Shown: positions 17,506 to 28,853, counted from the stretch's first letter. The stretch: 64,000 bases of DNA from Calditrichia bacterium (GCA_963796965.1 CAWCNS010000009.1:672001-736000), one strand, 5' to 3'. Translations and numbers: made by a program. Notes: generated by a model from the letters alone, not told the origin.

Positions 17506-18738
17506 ATGAAAAGATTTATTATACTTTTTTCATCGGTTATCCTTCTATCATATTCATGCAATTCCAATGATCCTGTAATAGTGGGTCTTGATCGGGTTCA
17601 GGAATTTTCATCTTTATTTGATGGTAAACAGATTGGAATAATCACCAATCATACCGCATACAATAATAAGGACCAACATATCACCGATGTATTTATGTCC
17701 TTGCCCAATATAAAAATTGTTGCCTTGTTTGGGCCAGAGCATGGTATTCGCGGAAAGAAGGCCGCCGGTCATAAAATAAATGATGACGTAGATCCGTATA
17801 GTGAAATTCCAATATATAGTTTATATGGTAAAAACAGGAAACCCACTCCAGAGAGACTATCTTCCATTGATATTCTAGTATTTGACATTCAGGATATTGG
17901 GTCAAGATTTTATACCTATATATACACCATGGCCCTCGCCATGGAGGCTGCAGCTGAATCGAACATTCCTTTTATTGTTCTCGATAGACCAAATCCAATA
18001 AATGGTATTGACGTTGAAGGCAATATTCTAGAACCAAACTTCTCTTCTTTCGTGGGTTTATACCCAATTCCAGTGCGACATGGTATGACCGTTGGCGAAC
18101 TGGCCCAGATGTTTAACCAGGAAGGCTGGCTAAAGGATGGTATAAAGGCCGATTTAAAAGTAATTCCCATAAAAAACTGGCAACGGCATCTGTGGTATGA
18201 CCAAACAGGATTGCCCTGGCGTCCGCCCTCCCCCAATATGCCATCTCTGGATGTTGCCACTGTATACCCCGGCACTTGTTTGTTTGAGGGAACGAATATA
18301 TCAGAAGGACGTGGGACCTATCAACCATTTTTGCGCATAGGGGCGCCATGGTTTACCGAGGACCAATTTTCGATTATAAATAAAATGGTGGATATTAAGG
18401 GGGCTCATTTAGGTCCCATAATCTTTACACCCACCTCAATACCTTCAATGGCGCCAAAACCAAAATTCCAAGATAAAAAGATCGCCGGTATTGCTTTATC
18501 CGTTACAGACCGGAGTAAATATAAACCCTATTTAACCGGAATAAGCCTCATAAAACAATTATATGATACGGATAGAGAAAACTTTAAATGGCGGGAAGGT
18601 CATTTTGATCGTTTATGCGGAACTGACAAGATCAGAAACCACATTGTAATGGGGAAGGATTTGCAGGACTTAATATCCTGGTTAGATAGAGAAGAAGAAC
18701 TTTTTAAAGAGGAGAGAATAAAGTACTTGCTCTACTGA
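17506..18738 (+). CDS. namZ: Exo-beta-N-acetylmuramidase NamZ (DUF1343), lipoprotein
   Basis: Lipobox LSYSC; GIITNHT, LFGPEHG, FDIQDIGSRFYTY, LDRPNP, RHGMTVGELA, SEGRGT. Confidence 0.88.
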   Translation: MKRFIILFSSVILLSYSCNSNDPVIVGLDRVQEFSSLFDGKQIGIITNHTAYNNKDQHITDVFMSLPNIKIVALFGPEHGIRGKKAAGHKINDDVDPYSEIPIYSLYGKNRKPTPERLSSIDILVFDIQDIGSRFYTYIYTMALAMEAAAESNIPFIVLDRPNPINGIDVEGNILEPNFSSFVGLYPIPVRHGMTVGELAQMFNQEGWLKDGIKADLKVIPIKNWQRHLWYDQTGLPWRPPSPNMPSLDVATVYPGTCLFEGTNISEGRGTYQPFLRIGAPWFTEDQFSIINKMVDIKGAHLGPIIFTPTSIPSMAPKPKFQDKKIAGIALSVTDRSKYKPYLTGISLIKQLYDTDRENFKWREGHFDRLCGTDKIRNHIVMGKDLQDLISWLDREEELFKEERIKYLLY

Positions 18739-18766
18739 ATTTCAAATTATTAGCTTTTAGTGATAA

Positions 18767-19507
18767 CTATTTGTCTCGAATCTGGCTCGCTGTAATTATT
18801 ACACCGATAAGCGAGTCCTCAATATCAGTCAATGGCAAGCCAGCCCATCTAACATTAAAAGAGCCAATATATCCCGGGGTTTTGATCATAGCATCGATTG
18901 ATTTGGGCCTCGCTGTTTTTTTCATACATTTGCTGATCAATGAGTCGACCCCTGTCTGGTGAATAAAGGGAAAGGTGAAAATATTTCTGCCCTTCCAGTC
19001 ACCCGGTTCGTTTAAAAATGTTTTAATTTTGTCATTATATTCTTCAATAATGCCATCCCCATTCAAAAGTATAAACCCAACTTCATTTTGATCAAATAGC
19101 CAATAGAAATTTAAGTAGGGATCCAGAGAGGAGACTTTCTTGTATACTCCTGTTATATCTCTACTCTTTGCTTCGAGCCAGACAATATATCCAGACATAT
19201 CACCAATCGACTGCAAGGTAGAATCTTTAGCGATTCGCAATTCTTTAGAAAGACCTGAGGGTGTCGTATATAAAATATTTTGAACTGATTGAAATGAATA
19301 ATGTTTATCAATTAAAATTTGAGGTGTTTTTTGTGAGGGAAGAAACAATTCTTGCAATGTTATAAATCCGAGATGACTGTCATCAATCACTAGTATTTCT
19401 CGCGCATATCCGGATATATAGCGTAATATATTGGATTCATCAAAAATCAGGAATGCTTTTTTTCTGGTGTTAAAATGAACTTCAAGTAATTCGAACCAAT
19501 TTGTCAT
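18767..19507 (-). CDS. Tandem PAS-like domain protein without output domain
   Basis: Two repeats of the PAS-like pattern (FLIFDESNILRYIS; FILLNGDGIIEEYN...GRNIF...LIGVII). Confidence 0.5.
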   Translation of the reverse strand: MTNWFELLEVHFNTRKKAFLIFDESNILRYISGYAREILVIDDSHLGFITLQELFLPSQKTPQILIDKHYSFQSVQNILYTTPSGLSKELRIAKDSTLQSIGDMSGYIVWLEAKSRDITGVYKKVSSLDPYLNFYWLFDQNEVGFILLNGDGIIEEYNDKIKTFLNEPGDWKGRNIFTFPFIHQTGVDSLISKCMKKTARPKSIDAMIKTPGYIGSFNVRWAGLPLTDIEDSLIGVIITASQIRDK

Positions 19508-19519
19508 AATATAGAAAAT

Positions 19520-20575
19520 CTATTTACGGCTTATCTTTTTATGATCTGCAAAATAACTTATCAATGCATCGGTCAATATCTCCGGACCAAATCTTACAGG
19601 ATCTGTGGTTGGTAACCCCGTTTTATTCTGGAGGTCCATTACTATTTCCTTCGCCTTTTCATCATTCAGATTATAGGTATTTACTGATATACCGATAACC
19701 TTGGCGGGTTTGACAAAAGCAAGCATCTGCTCGTGTAAATTAATAATTCTGGCAATATTATTTGTATCAACCCCATATTCGGAAACACCAACATCAGTAC
19801 GGTGGCATAAGATCATAGCATCCGGAAGACATCCATGCATGATACCTAGTGCAACGGGGGAAAATCCAAGATGTTGAATTGAACCTTGTCCTTCCACAAA
19901 TACAAATTCATAATTACCATCAATCGATGCCGTTGCGGCTTCAATATTTCCAGAAATAAAATCTCCTTTTATCGAATCAATTGGCACGCCTTTACCCTTC
20001 AACAAGATTCCAATCTGCCCTGTTGCCAACCAATCAGCAGACTTTCCCCTCTCTTGCATATCTTTTACCAATTCTAGCGTTGTTGTCATTTTTCCTATAT
20101 TACCATGCGTTCCAACAGTCAGAATGATTTTAGATCTAAATCTTTTTGCAATTCCCCTTGCCAACAGATCTGGTTTTTTACTTTTTCTGAGATCAGTAAT
20201 ACGAATCCGATATTTTTCTGCTAGCACGGTAAACTCAGCGATATCACTTAAAAACTCATGTAATCCAGAAACAATGTGTAACCGGTTCTGAATAGCATTG
20301 ATTATCAATGGATACCACTGTGAAGGGAATTTCCCTCCTGCAGGTGATATACCAATAAGCAAAGTATTAGGATCGTGTCTTAAGGATTCATCTAGAGTAT
20401 CATATACGGGAATATCTCCGCCAAACCCCACAACTTCTTGAACTGTTTTACCAGAGTTTGATGAGTCGATAACAGCTACAACCTGATCATTTAAATATCG
20501 GATAGCTCCATTTGCCATCTTTGATGTTACGGGACCTAGTTTCTTATCCGCCAAGATTACTATTCTTCTTTTCAT
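19520..20575 (-). CDS. DUF1611 family protein (DgcN-like)
   Basis: KMANGAIRY, IVSGLH, GKMTT, ATGQIG, VEGQGS, HGCLPDAMILCH, DPVRFG. Confidence 0.8.
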   Translation of the reverse strand: MKRRIVILADKKLGPVTSKMANGAIRYLNDQVVAVIDSSNSGKTVQEVVGFGGDIPVYDTLDESLRHDPNTLLIGISPAGGKFPSQWYPLIINAIQNRLHIVSGLHEFLSDIAEFTVLAEKYRIRITDLRKSKKPDLLARGIAKRFRSKIILTVGTHGNIGKMTTTLELVKDMQERGKSADWLATGQIGILLKGKGVPIDSIKGDFISGNIEAATASIDGNYEFVFVEGQGSIQHLGFSPVALGIMHGCLPDAMILCHRTDVGVSEYGVDTNNIARIINLHEQMLAFVKPAKVIGISVNTYNLNDEKAKEIVMDLQNKTGLPTTDPVRFGPEILTDALISYFADHKKISRK

Positions 20576-20779
20576 ATCAATCCATTTTTTGAGAGTTTTC
20601 TTAGATAATCACACGATTAGTATATACTTTTTTATAAACAGGAACGGGACTATGATTTTTAACAAATTATTCTAAACTGTTCTGACTCACTATAAAATCA
20701 GGATAAAAAGATAACAATATATAAGATAATATAAAGAGATAAGCTAAAAAATAATATTGATTTAAGCAATCCTGAAATT

Positions 20780-21232
20780 TTATTCTATATTTTGAAGATA
20801 TGGTTTTATTTTTTTAAAAGTCTTCGGCCCAATCCCTTTAATCTTTTGTAAATCACTAATAGATTTGAATAATCCATGCGATACACGATAATTTATAATT
20901 CTCTCAGCAATAGCTGGGCCAATTCTTGGTAGTTGTGTAAATTCTTGTTTGGTTGCCCTATTAATATTAAGTAAAAGATTCTCGTTTTTTTTTACAGGAT
21001 CAGATTGAATTATTTTGCTTCTCCCTTCGTTAGATATTCTTTTGGGGATAAGTTGATTTTTTGAGATTTCTGGACGAATATGGCTTAGACGTGAGAAAAG
21101 ACTATCCGACTCAGAGTAGTCTATACTTGGTGGAGCTATGGAAGAGGCCGTGAAGATCTGAATTCCTGCGGCAATCAGGATTACAGAAACAATAATAATT
21201 ATAGTTCGTTTCTCTGATTGTGTGAGATACAT
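20780..21232 (-). CDS. comEA: ComEA-family helix-hairpin-helix DNA-binding membrane protein
   Basis: N-terminal TM; LNINRATKQEFTQLPRIGPAIAERII...GLFKSISDLQKIKGIGPK. Confidence 0.8.
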   Translation of the reverse strand: MYLTQSEKRTIIIIVSVILIAAGIQIFTASSIAPPSIDYSESDSLFSRLSHIRPEISKNQLIPKRISNEGRSKIIQSDPVKKNENLLLNINRATKQEFTQLPRIGPAIAERIINYRVSHGLFKSISDLQKIKGIGPKTFKKIKPYLQNIE

Positions 21233-21248
21233 CTTAAATATGCCAAAT

Positions 21249-22391
21249 CTAAATATTCAGGGCCTCTTTAAATTTCTCAAAAATGTTCTTGTGGCCATCT
21301 GCAGAAGGTTTCAGACTCTCAAGTGATTCCAGTTCTTTTATTTTAGTTTTTTCATCATTATTGAGCTTTGTGGGAATATATACCTGTACCTGTACAAGCT
21401 GGTCTCCTATTCCCGCACCATGAACATTGGGGATACCTTTGTTCCGCATACGCAGTATTTTACCAGCTTGAGTTCCAGCTGGGATGCTGATTTTTGCTTT
21501 CCCTGTCAGAGTCGGGATTTCCAGAGAGGTCCCCAAGACGGCCTGAGGATAACTCACAGGTAAAACCATGATCACATCATTTCCCGACCTTTCAAAGATC
21601 GGATGTCTCTGTTCTTCTATATATACAATCAGATCGCCTGCAGGTCCACTACGCTTACCTACATTACCCTCTCCCTTTAGCGGGATATAATTTCCGGATG
21701 CTACTCCCGCTGGAATATTTATTTCAATATTTTTTTCACCCATTTCGCGTCCATCACCCTGACACGTTCGGCATGGATTTGAGACAATACTTCCCTGGCC
21801 ATTACACCGGGTACAGGTTGTTATGTTTACCATTTGGCCAAAAAGGGATTGTGTAACCTGTCGCATTTCTCCGGATCCGTGACAAACCGGACATTGAACA
21901 GGTTGAGAATCTCGCAATGAACCGCTTCCACTACATGTATGGCAAACTATGTGCTTCTTTACTTTAATTTTCTTAGTAACGCCCGTGGCTATTTCTTCCA
22001 AATTGATGCGTAACCGAATTTGCAGATCGCCCCCACGATTAGTGGACTGCCTTCTTCGACGGCCACCGCCTCCAAAAATATCGCCAAAACCACCACCAAA
22101 AATATCCCCGAACGCACTGAAGATATCTTCAATATTACTAAAACCACCAAAATCACCAGCACCCGAAGTAGCACTATGCCCAAATCTATCATAACGAGCC
22201 CGTTTTTCCGGGTCGCTTAATATGGCATATGCCTCAGCAATTTCTTTAAATTTTTCTTCGGCCTCTGAATTACCAGGATTTTTATCTGGATGATATTGTA
22301 TAGCTAGTTTACGATAGGCTTTTTTTATTTCGTCTGTTGATGCCTCGCGTGAAATTCCAAGTATCTCATATAAATCTCGTTTTGTCGTCAT
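21249..22391 (-). CDS. dnaJ: Chaperone DnaJ
   Basis: J domain HPDKN, G/F-rich region, four CxxCxGxG repeats. Confidence 0.97.
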   Translation of the reverse strand: MTTKRDLYEILGISREASTDEIKKAYRKLAIQYHPDKNPGNSEAEEKFKEIAEAYAILSDPEKRARYDRFGHSATSGAGDFGGFSNIEDIFSAFGDIFGGGFGDIFGGGGRRRRQSTNRGGDLQIRLRINLEEIATGVTKKIKVKKHIVCHTCSGSGSLRDSQPVQCPVCHGSGEMRQVTQSLFGQMVNITTCTRCNGQGSIVSNPCRTCQGDGREMGEKNIEINIPAGVASGNYIPLKGEGNVGKRSGPAGDLIVYIEEQRHPIFERSGNDVIMVLPVSYPQAVLGTSLEIPTLTGKAKISIPAGTQAGKILRMRNKGIPNVHGAGIGDQLVQVQVYIPTKLNNDEKTKIKELESLESLKPSADGHKNIFEKFKEALNI

Positions 22392-22407
22392 TTATAAATC
22401 CAATTTT

Positions 22408-22983
22408 TTATTTTGATACGATAACCTGTGCATGACGTACAACTTTGTCATTCAGGCTATATCCTTTTAAATGTTCTTCAATAATTATGCCACTTTCAAC
22501 ATTTGGCTTCTCAATTTGCATCAGAGCCTCATGTTTTTCAGGATCAAATTCATAGCCCTGAGCTTCCATTTTTTGCAGACCCTGTTTTTCTAGTGTTCCA
22601 ACCAATTTTTTTGCAACCAATTCTACGCCCTCGAGTAGAGAATCCACTTCTTCACTTTTTTTTGCGTGATCAATTGACCTCTCCAAATCATCCAGAATGG
22701 GCAGAAGTTCTGCTATTAACTTTTCATTCGCATTGAGAACCCTATCATAAAATTCACGCTCAGTCCTCTTCTTAAAATTGTCAAACTCTGCTGTTTTTCG
22801 GAGAACCTGGTCTTTTAGATGAGATATTTCTTCCTTTAACTTTTTACTTTCGATCAAATATTTATTGGGTTTCTTCTTTTGATTCTGTTTTTTTTCATCT
22901 GCTTGTTTATTTTTTTTTGCTGTGCTCTCAACAGTCATACTAATCTCCCTTTCTACATCTATTAGAGCATTTAAAGGATCCAT
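22408..22983 (-). CDS. grpE: Nucleotide exchange factor GrpE
   Basis: AEFDNFKKR, LLPILDDLER, FDPEKHEAL, GYSLNDKVVRHAQVIV. Confidence 0.95.
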   Translation of the reverse strand: MDPLNALIDVEREISMTVESTAKKNKQADEKKQNQKKKPNKYLIESKKLKEEISHLKDQVLRKTAEFDNFKKRTEREFYDRVLNANEKLIAELLPILDDLERSIDHAKKSEEVDSLLEGVELVAKKLVGTLEKQGLQKMEAQGYEFDPEKHEALMQIEKPNVESGIIIEEHLKGYSLNDKVVRHAQVIVSK

Positions 22984-23027
22984 AGTAATTAATCCTTTAA
23001 TATGGGAACCTAATAATTTTATTATCT

Positions 23028-24059
23028 TTATTTTGATTGAAGGATATTTGTAATAAATCTTGCTGTAAAATCCACGATGGGGATTACGCGGCTATAAACC
23101 ATTCGTGTCGGACCAATAACACCCAATATACCATCAACATCTCCAACTGTGTATGGAGCTGTGATAATACTACAATTCTGAATCAATTCTTCCTCATTTT
23201 CCGCACCAATGGTGACCTTTAATTCCGGGGGGATACTTCTTTTTTCCATCATATGAACAATTATGTTTTTATCTTCAAATAATTCGATAAGCGTTGAGAA
23301 TTTATTTACATCAGAGAACTCCGGATAATTTAGGATATTTGTAGTTCCGGAGTATATGACATTTGAATACCGTGTAAAATCAAACAACTTATCTGCTGAA
23401 TCTATAAAAAGACGTATTAATCCAGATTCTTCATCAACCATATCCTTGAGGCGGTCATGAAAAGAGCTTTTAATTTGACTGATTCTCAGTCCAGCCAACC
23501 TCTCATTTAATAATTGAATCGTTTCTATAAGATGCGTTTCAGAAAGTTCGTGATTAACTTCAAGCAGAATCGTTTTGGCAATTCCATCCTTGATACTCAA
23601 TACGACCAAAAGCTTTTCACTCGAAGATCGGATAACATCGATCTTCTCAAGAGTTCCTTCATCAAATTTTGGCGTTAACAATACACCAAGCATGTTAGAG
23701 ACTTTGGCCAAAACGAACATGGTCTTTTCTAGGATTAAATCTATATCACCACTAAAATCTCCTATATTTTCCTTAATAAGGATTTTCTCTTCCTCTGTAA
23801 GATCACTTAAATCAATGACATTGTCCACATAATGCCTGTATCCTTTTGTTGTGGGAACTCTACCGGCGGAGGTGTGAGGATGATCAAGAAAACCCTTTTC
23901 TTCAAGATCTGCCATTACATTGCGAATTGAAGCAGGACTTAGGGTTCGGCTTCGAACCTTCGATATCGTCCGGGAGCCCACAGGATTACCTGTAAGTACA
24001 AAATTCCGTACGACCGATTCTAATATTTCCTGCTCTCTGTCTGTGAGGATTAAATCCAT
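23028..24059 (-). CDS. hrcA: Heat-inducible transcription repressor HrcA
   Basis: LTDREQEIL, PVGSR, SPASIRNVMADLEE, PHTSAGRVPT, GVIGPTRM. Start placed at ATG 24059. Confidence 0.95.
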   Translation of the reverse strand: MDLILTDREQEILESVVRNFVLTGNPVGSRTISKVRSRTLSPASIRNVMADLEEKGFLDHPHTSAGRVPTTKGYRHYVDNVIDLSDLTEEEKILIKENIGDFSGDIDLILEKTMFVLAKVSNMLGVLLTPKFDEGTLEKIDVIRSSSEKLLVVLSIKDGIAKTILLEVNHELSETHLIETIQLLNERLAGLRISQIKSSFHDRLKDMVDEESGLIRLFIDSADKLFDFTRYSNVIYSGTTNILNYPEFSDVNKFSTLIELFEDKNIIVHMMEKRSIPPELKVTIGAENEEELIQNCSIITAPYTVGDVDGILGVIGPTRMVYSRVIPIVDFTARFITNILQSK

Positions 24060-24093
24060 TTTGATTACAATACCTTTTCCAAAAATGACCTGA

Positions 24094-24122
24094 AATTTAG
24101 TATCTATTTTTTCGCAAGTCAA
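24094..24122 (-). promoter_or_regulatory. Sigma70-type promoter upstream of hrcA
   Basis: TTGACT (24122-24117), 17 bp, TAAATT (24099-24094). Confidence 0.55.
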
Positions 24123-24197
24123 GGTTCATAATGGTTATACGATCCAAGTAATATGAGAGTTTCGTTAAAACATGTGGACAAATACTTAGACAGACAA

Positions 24198-25056
24198 CTA
24201 TATGATTTTCAAGTACTTACTGACACTCATTCGCGCACTTATAAAACCAACCATCACTCCAAATGCGAGAAGACAGGCAAATACAACAGGATGATATTCA
24301 ATATATGGATAGATATATATGCCAATTAATTTAATACCATAAAATATTATAGCTGATGAAAATGAAGCTCCTACAAAACCCTGAATCATTCCTTCAACGA
24401 TAAATGGTCTCTTTATAAAACTTTCGGTTGCCCCTACCAAACGCATGATATGGATCATATCTCTCCGGGCATGAATGGTTAAGCGGATGGTATTATAGAT
24501 TAATCCAATAGTAATGACCGTAATAATAAATCCCACAAGACTGGCGAGAATAAATATCACATTAATAGTTTGATTTATTTTTTCCAAAAGAGGCTCATTA
24601 TAAATAACCTCGTCCACATGCGATAATAATTCAAGTTTTTTCTTCAATTTAGAAACTTCAGCGGAATTACGATATCCATCCTTGATTTCAATAATTACCG
24701 AAGCTGGAAAAGGATTATATTCCAATAATTCTAATACATCTTGCCCAAAATCTTCTTTAAACCTTTCGGGTGCCTTTGCTCTAGGAATCAGTTCAATTGA
24801 ATTTACGCCTTCGACACCCTTTATTCTGCTCGTCAGGTTTTCAATTTCTTTATCAGTAGTACCAAACTCAATGATTAGCTCAACATCAATTTTCTCTCTG
24901 ACAAACCCAATCCAAGTATGAAGATTCATTCCAAATATAAAAAAAAGACCTATCAATAGTATGGATAGCGTAATTGAAGAGATTGACATCGTCATTGCTA
25001 GACGAGCCTTTAAAGATTCCTTTAAATCCTTCACTGATACTAAAACCCAGGCTCAT
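24198..25056 (-). CDS. ftsX: Cell division permease FtsX (probable +1 frameshift near 25007)
   Basis: YNTIRLTIHARR..IHIMRLVGAT..FIKRPFIVEG. ATG 25056 overlaps the ftsE stop (ATGA) and gives MSLGFSISEGFKGIFK, which joins ARLAMT... on removal of one base. Confidence 0.88.
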
Positions 25057-25706
25057 AGTTCCTTCAATTCTCCATTATTCATACTTAATGTTGGATGTGG
25101 AAATTGCTTAATGAGGGAATAATTGTGGGTAGCCATTAGAATCGCTGTTCCTCTCTTATTTATCGCTTCCAGAATTTCCAATACCTCTATGGCAGATTGT
25201 GGATCGAGATTTCCAGTAGGTTCATCAGCTAATAAAATAAATGGTTCATTGACCAAAGCTCGTGCAATGGCAACCCGTTGTTGTTCACCACCAGACAACT
25301 CTCTCGGATAGTGGTTGCGACGGTGACCAAGACCTAATTCCGTCAAAAGGGGCAAAACTTTCTTTTTAATAGTTGAAGATTTTATTCCCGTTACACGAAG
25401 AGCAAAGGCAACATTATCAAATACATTGCGGTCATGTAGTAACTTAAAATCCTGGAATACCACGCCCACTTTTCTCCTAATATATGGGATTTCTCTTATT
25501 TTTATCTTTGCTGAACTAAATTGATTTACAATCACCGTTCCAGCATCAGGAAATTCATCGAAATATATCAATTTTAGCACGCTGGATTTTCCGGCACCAG
25601 TCGGACCAATTAAATAAACAAATTCTCCTTTTTTAATCTGAAAGGTGACATGATTAAGAATCCGCTTATTTCCGTAATTTAAATCAACATTAAAAAATTG
25701 TACCAT
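25053..25706 (-). CDS. ftsE: Cell division ATP-binding protein FtsE
   Basis: GPTGAGKS, IPYIRRKVGVVFQDFKLL, LSGGEQQRVAIARA, LADEPTGNLD, MATH; adjacent to ftsX. Confidence 0.93.
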   Translation of the reverse strand: MVQFFNVDLNYGNKRILNHVTFQIKKGEFVYLIGPTGAGKSSVLKLIYFDEFPDAGTVIVNQFSSAKIKIREIPYIRRKVGVVFQDFKLLHDRNVFDNVAFALRVTGIKSSTIKKKVLPLLTELGLGHRRNHYPRELSGGEQQRVAIARALVNEPFILLADEPTGNLDPQSAIEVLEILEAINKRGTAILMATHNYSLIKQFPHPTLSMNNGELKEL

Positions 25707-25757
25707 ATATGCCAGTAATTAACTTAATGATTTTATGATAACAGGATCAGAGAGTGT

Positions 25758-26489
25758 CTATCGGCATTTACATACCAAATGCATCCGTCCAGATTCCTTG
25801 TCTGCTTTCTCAAACGAAAATTCGTCAAAAATATTAACAATCTCAAATGAATGTTCAGTTAATATATCACTGAGAAATTCCACTGAATAAACACGCTGTG
25901 AATGTTTCTCAAAATAGGTTTTACCATTTATAACTATTCTGAAGTCGTTAAATTGCATTCCCTTTTCTTGATTATAATAACTATGACGGTTATACCCAAC
26001 ATTATCCCAATACTCACTCTCATGATAATCAGCATAATGCTCTCTGCAATGTGATGCTGATACAATATCAAAAATAAACAGACCATCTGCAGTTAAAATC
26101 CGATGTACTTCCTTTAATGAGCCTTTTAGGTCATCTAATTGTGTTATGTAGTTCAGGGAGTCATATAAAAACAAAGCACAATCCACCGAATTATCTTTAA
26201 TTGCCATTCTTCGAACATCATTTGTAAAAAGGGGCGTTTGGCTGTGTTTTTCCCTGGCCAGAGCAATCATAGAGCTCGCTTGATCACACCCATATGTTTT
26301 CTCAAAATTATTTTTAACGTGAAATAAAAGGCTACCCGTTCCACATGACAAATCTATAACAGAATTTATATTCATCTCCAGTCGGTTGATCAGACTTAAG
26401 ATATATAATGCCCAATTTTCATAATCAACATGATCCATTAGCTGATCATAAATAAAAGCTAACTTTTCGTAAGGATTAACTTCTTTCAT
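25758..26489 (-). CDS. Class I SAM-dependent methyltransferase
   Basis: YDQLMDHVDY, VIDLSCGTG, YDSLNY, GLFIFD. Confidence 0.85.
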   Translation of the reverse strand: MKEVNPYEKLAFIYDQLMDHVDYENWALYILSLINRLEMNINSVIDLSCGTGSLLFHVKNNFEKTYGCDQASSMIALAREKHSQTPLFTNDVRRMAIKDNSVDCALFLYDSLNYITQLDDLKGSLKEVHRILTADGLFIFDIVSASHCREHYADYHESEYWDNVGYNRHSYYNQEKGMQFNDFRIVINGKTYFEKHSQRVYSVEFLSDILTEHSFEIVNIFDEFSFEKADKESGRMHLVCKCR

Positions 26490-26791
26490 AGGTATTATTT
26501 GGGGATTTTCCCATTATTTAGAATTTAATGTTTAAAAAAAGGTTTTAATAGTAAACCCTATTGGTCTTAAATAAAACTGGTGTCAAAATATCTGAAATTA
26601 CGAACTGGTTTTATAATATAGAGGAAATGTCTGCCCAAATCTATGACGAATTATTTTTGTTTGCAATTCAATCTCAACCCTATTAAACTCACCAAACATA
26701 ATTCATGATAACACTCTGTAATTTTCACAGTCTGTTAATTAAATTTGCAGAACCTTAAAAAAATTTTAACCCGTCAAAATAAGATTGATCT

Positions 26792-28837
26792 ATGTTTACT
26801 TTTATAAACCTCTCTATACTTACAGCACTTCTGGCCGTCAGCCTTCCTTTGCTGATTCACCTTTTTAATCGTCACAGGAAAAAGAAAGTTACTTTTAGTA
26901 GTATTCGATTTCTAAAATTACTTGAGAAACAAAGACTCAAGCGTCTCAAACTTTATGAATATCTTCTAATTATTATTCGAACTTTAATTATTTTAATGCT
27001 GGTCTTTGCCTTTGCCCGGCCAACCCTGACAACTAAACCTGTTTTTTCATCACAGGGGGCAAGAACTACAGCTGTAATTATACTAGATTCAGGGATAAAT
27101 ATGCGTAGGTATGATGATTCAGGGAATCGCTATTTGCGGGCACTTGAAATATTAGACCAGATTGAGCAAAATTTTAAACCAGAAGATCAGGTATACCTTA
27201 TCTCTTCAAATGATCCAGACCAAGTCTTAAATGCGACCAGAGATATTCAAGAACAGCAAGCTTCATTTCAGGGTGGAAAATGGGAATCCACCTTTCAATC
27301 GTCTCTCAATCTTTTTAGGCAACATCCAAATTTTAACGAGGAATTATATATAATATCTGATTTTCAATTTCAACAAAACGACTTTAAGGAGAATTTGCAG
27401 CTATTCTCTAATGCTCATATATATTTTATCAAAGTCGGTAATTTACCTGTTTTAAATATCAGTATTGATACAGTTGACATTAAAAGTCAAATATTAGAAA
27501 TAAATAAGCCCATTAATTTTGATATTTATTTAAAGAGCTCAAGCTATGAAGGAGCTCATCCTGTAGAAATTCATATGTTTGTAGATAATAAACGGGTATC
27601 ACATCGTCGTATTTTGATGGGTTCAAACCAGACAAAAATTGTTCCAATGTCATTTTTACCACAGAACTCCGGATTTACCAGCGGGTATATTGAAATCAGC
27701 GATGACGATCTTCTCGCAGACAATCGATACTATTTTGTCGTAAACATTCCCTCTGAGATTAAAATTCTTTTTGTCGATGACCAACCTTCTCCATTTCTTC
27801 TTGCCGCCATGCAGTCTCTATCTAATCAGTCAAATATATCCTTAAATATTAGTAAGTATAATACATGGGCTGGACATAGCTTTCAAAAATACGATGTTAT
27901 TTGGCTTTCAAATATCCCAAAATTGTCTACCGAAATCCAAAATCGTCTAAAAACATTTTCAGAGAAGGGGGGTACACTTGTACTTATGCCAGGACTTAAC
28001 ACAATTCCTTCAGAATTCAATGCTCTGGCGAAAAGACTTTCTTACTCACTACAGATAACTGAGATTATTGAAACAAAAAGTTCAAAGGAATTTTACTCGT
28101 TTACCCAACCTGACCTAGATCATCCATTGTTTAGTGGACTTTTTAGAACGATGGAGCCTGATATTGAAGAGCCTCGCTTTTACCGTTACTTTAAAACCAT
28201 TATTCCTGCTGAAACAAGACGGATTTTTTCCTTTCAAAATGGGGATCCATTTCTTGTTCAATTTGACATTAATGAGGGGCGATCTTTCTTCTTTAGTAGT
28301 TATATTGAAGATGATTGGACCGATTTTCAATATCGGGGATTATTTCTTCCGCTTCTCTCCAGATTAATGTATTATGCGGTATCTGCATCTTCACATTCCG
28401 ATTTATCCGGCCGGGTTGGGAAGCCAATAATCATAACCTCGAAGGATCATGGGAGTAATGAAAAGTTTTATCTCTATGATGATGATGAGAACAGAAGTAC
28501 TATTGTGCCAAAAATCCTTAACCAAACTTATCAGTTTAAACTATCCAACCTGAATAAACCAGGACTATATAAGATTAAAACTGAGAATCAATTGATATAC
28601 GCTATACCGGTAAATTGTGAATCAAGGATTATTGATGAGCCGCACCTTGATCTTGAATCAATACTAGAAGAGGTCCCCCAGACAGGTTTATTTAGTGAAA
28701 ATCAAGAATTTGCAGAAGTTGTAAAAGAAACTCGATTTGGCATGGAACTCTGGAAATTATTTATACTTTTTTCTCTACTTTTAATCATCACTGAATTGTT
28801 CTTAATAAAGAATATGGAAGGAAAACAAAGGGCTTAA
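26792..28837 (+). CDS. BatA/N-terminal double-TM domain membrane protein with vWA-like region
   Basis: MFTFIN...LPLLIHLFNR...FSSIRFL...LLIIIRTL...FARP; ISDFQ; DDLLADNRYYF; C-terminal TM ELWK...TELF. Confidence 0.8.
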   Translation: MFTFINLSILTALLAVSLPLLIHLFNRHRKKKVTFSSIRFLKLLEKQRLKRLKLYEYLLIIIRTLIILMLVFAFARPTLTTKPVFSSQGARTTAVIILDSGINMRRYDDSGNRYLRALEILDQIEQNFKPEDQVYLISSNDPDQVLNATRDIQEQQASFQGGKWESTFQSSLNLFRQHPNFNEELYIISDFQFQQNDFKENLQLFSNAHIYFIKVGNLPVLNISIDTVDIKSQILEINKPINFDIYLKSSSYEGAHPVEIHMFVDNKRVSHRRILMGSNQTKIVPMSFLPQNSGFTSGYIEISDDDLLADNRYYFVVNIPSEIKILFVDDQPSPFLLAAMQSLSNQSNISLNISKYNTWAGHSFQKYDVIWLSNIPKLSTEIQNRLKTFSEKGGTLVLMPGLNTIPSEFNALAKRLSYSLQITEIIETKSSKEFYSFTQPDLDHPLFSGLFRTMEPDIEEPRFYRYFKTIIPAETRRIFSFQNGDPFLVQFDINEGRSFFFSSYIEDDWTDFQYRGLFLPLLSRLMYYAVSASSHSDLSGRVGKPIIITSKDHGSNEKFYLYDDDENRSTIVPKILNQTYQFKLSNLNKPGLYKIKTENQLIYAIPVNCESRIIDEPHLDLESILEEVPQTGLFSENQEFAEVVKETRFGMELWKLFILFSLLLIITELFLIKNMEGKQRA

Positions 28838-28853
28838 TAATAAGAAGAGTATG

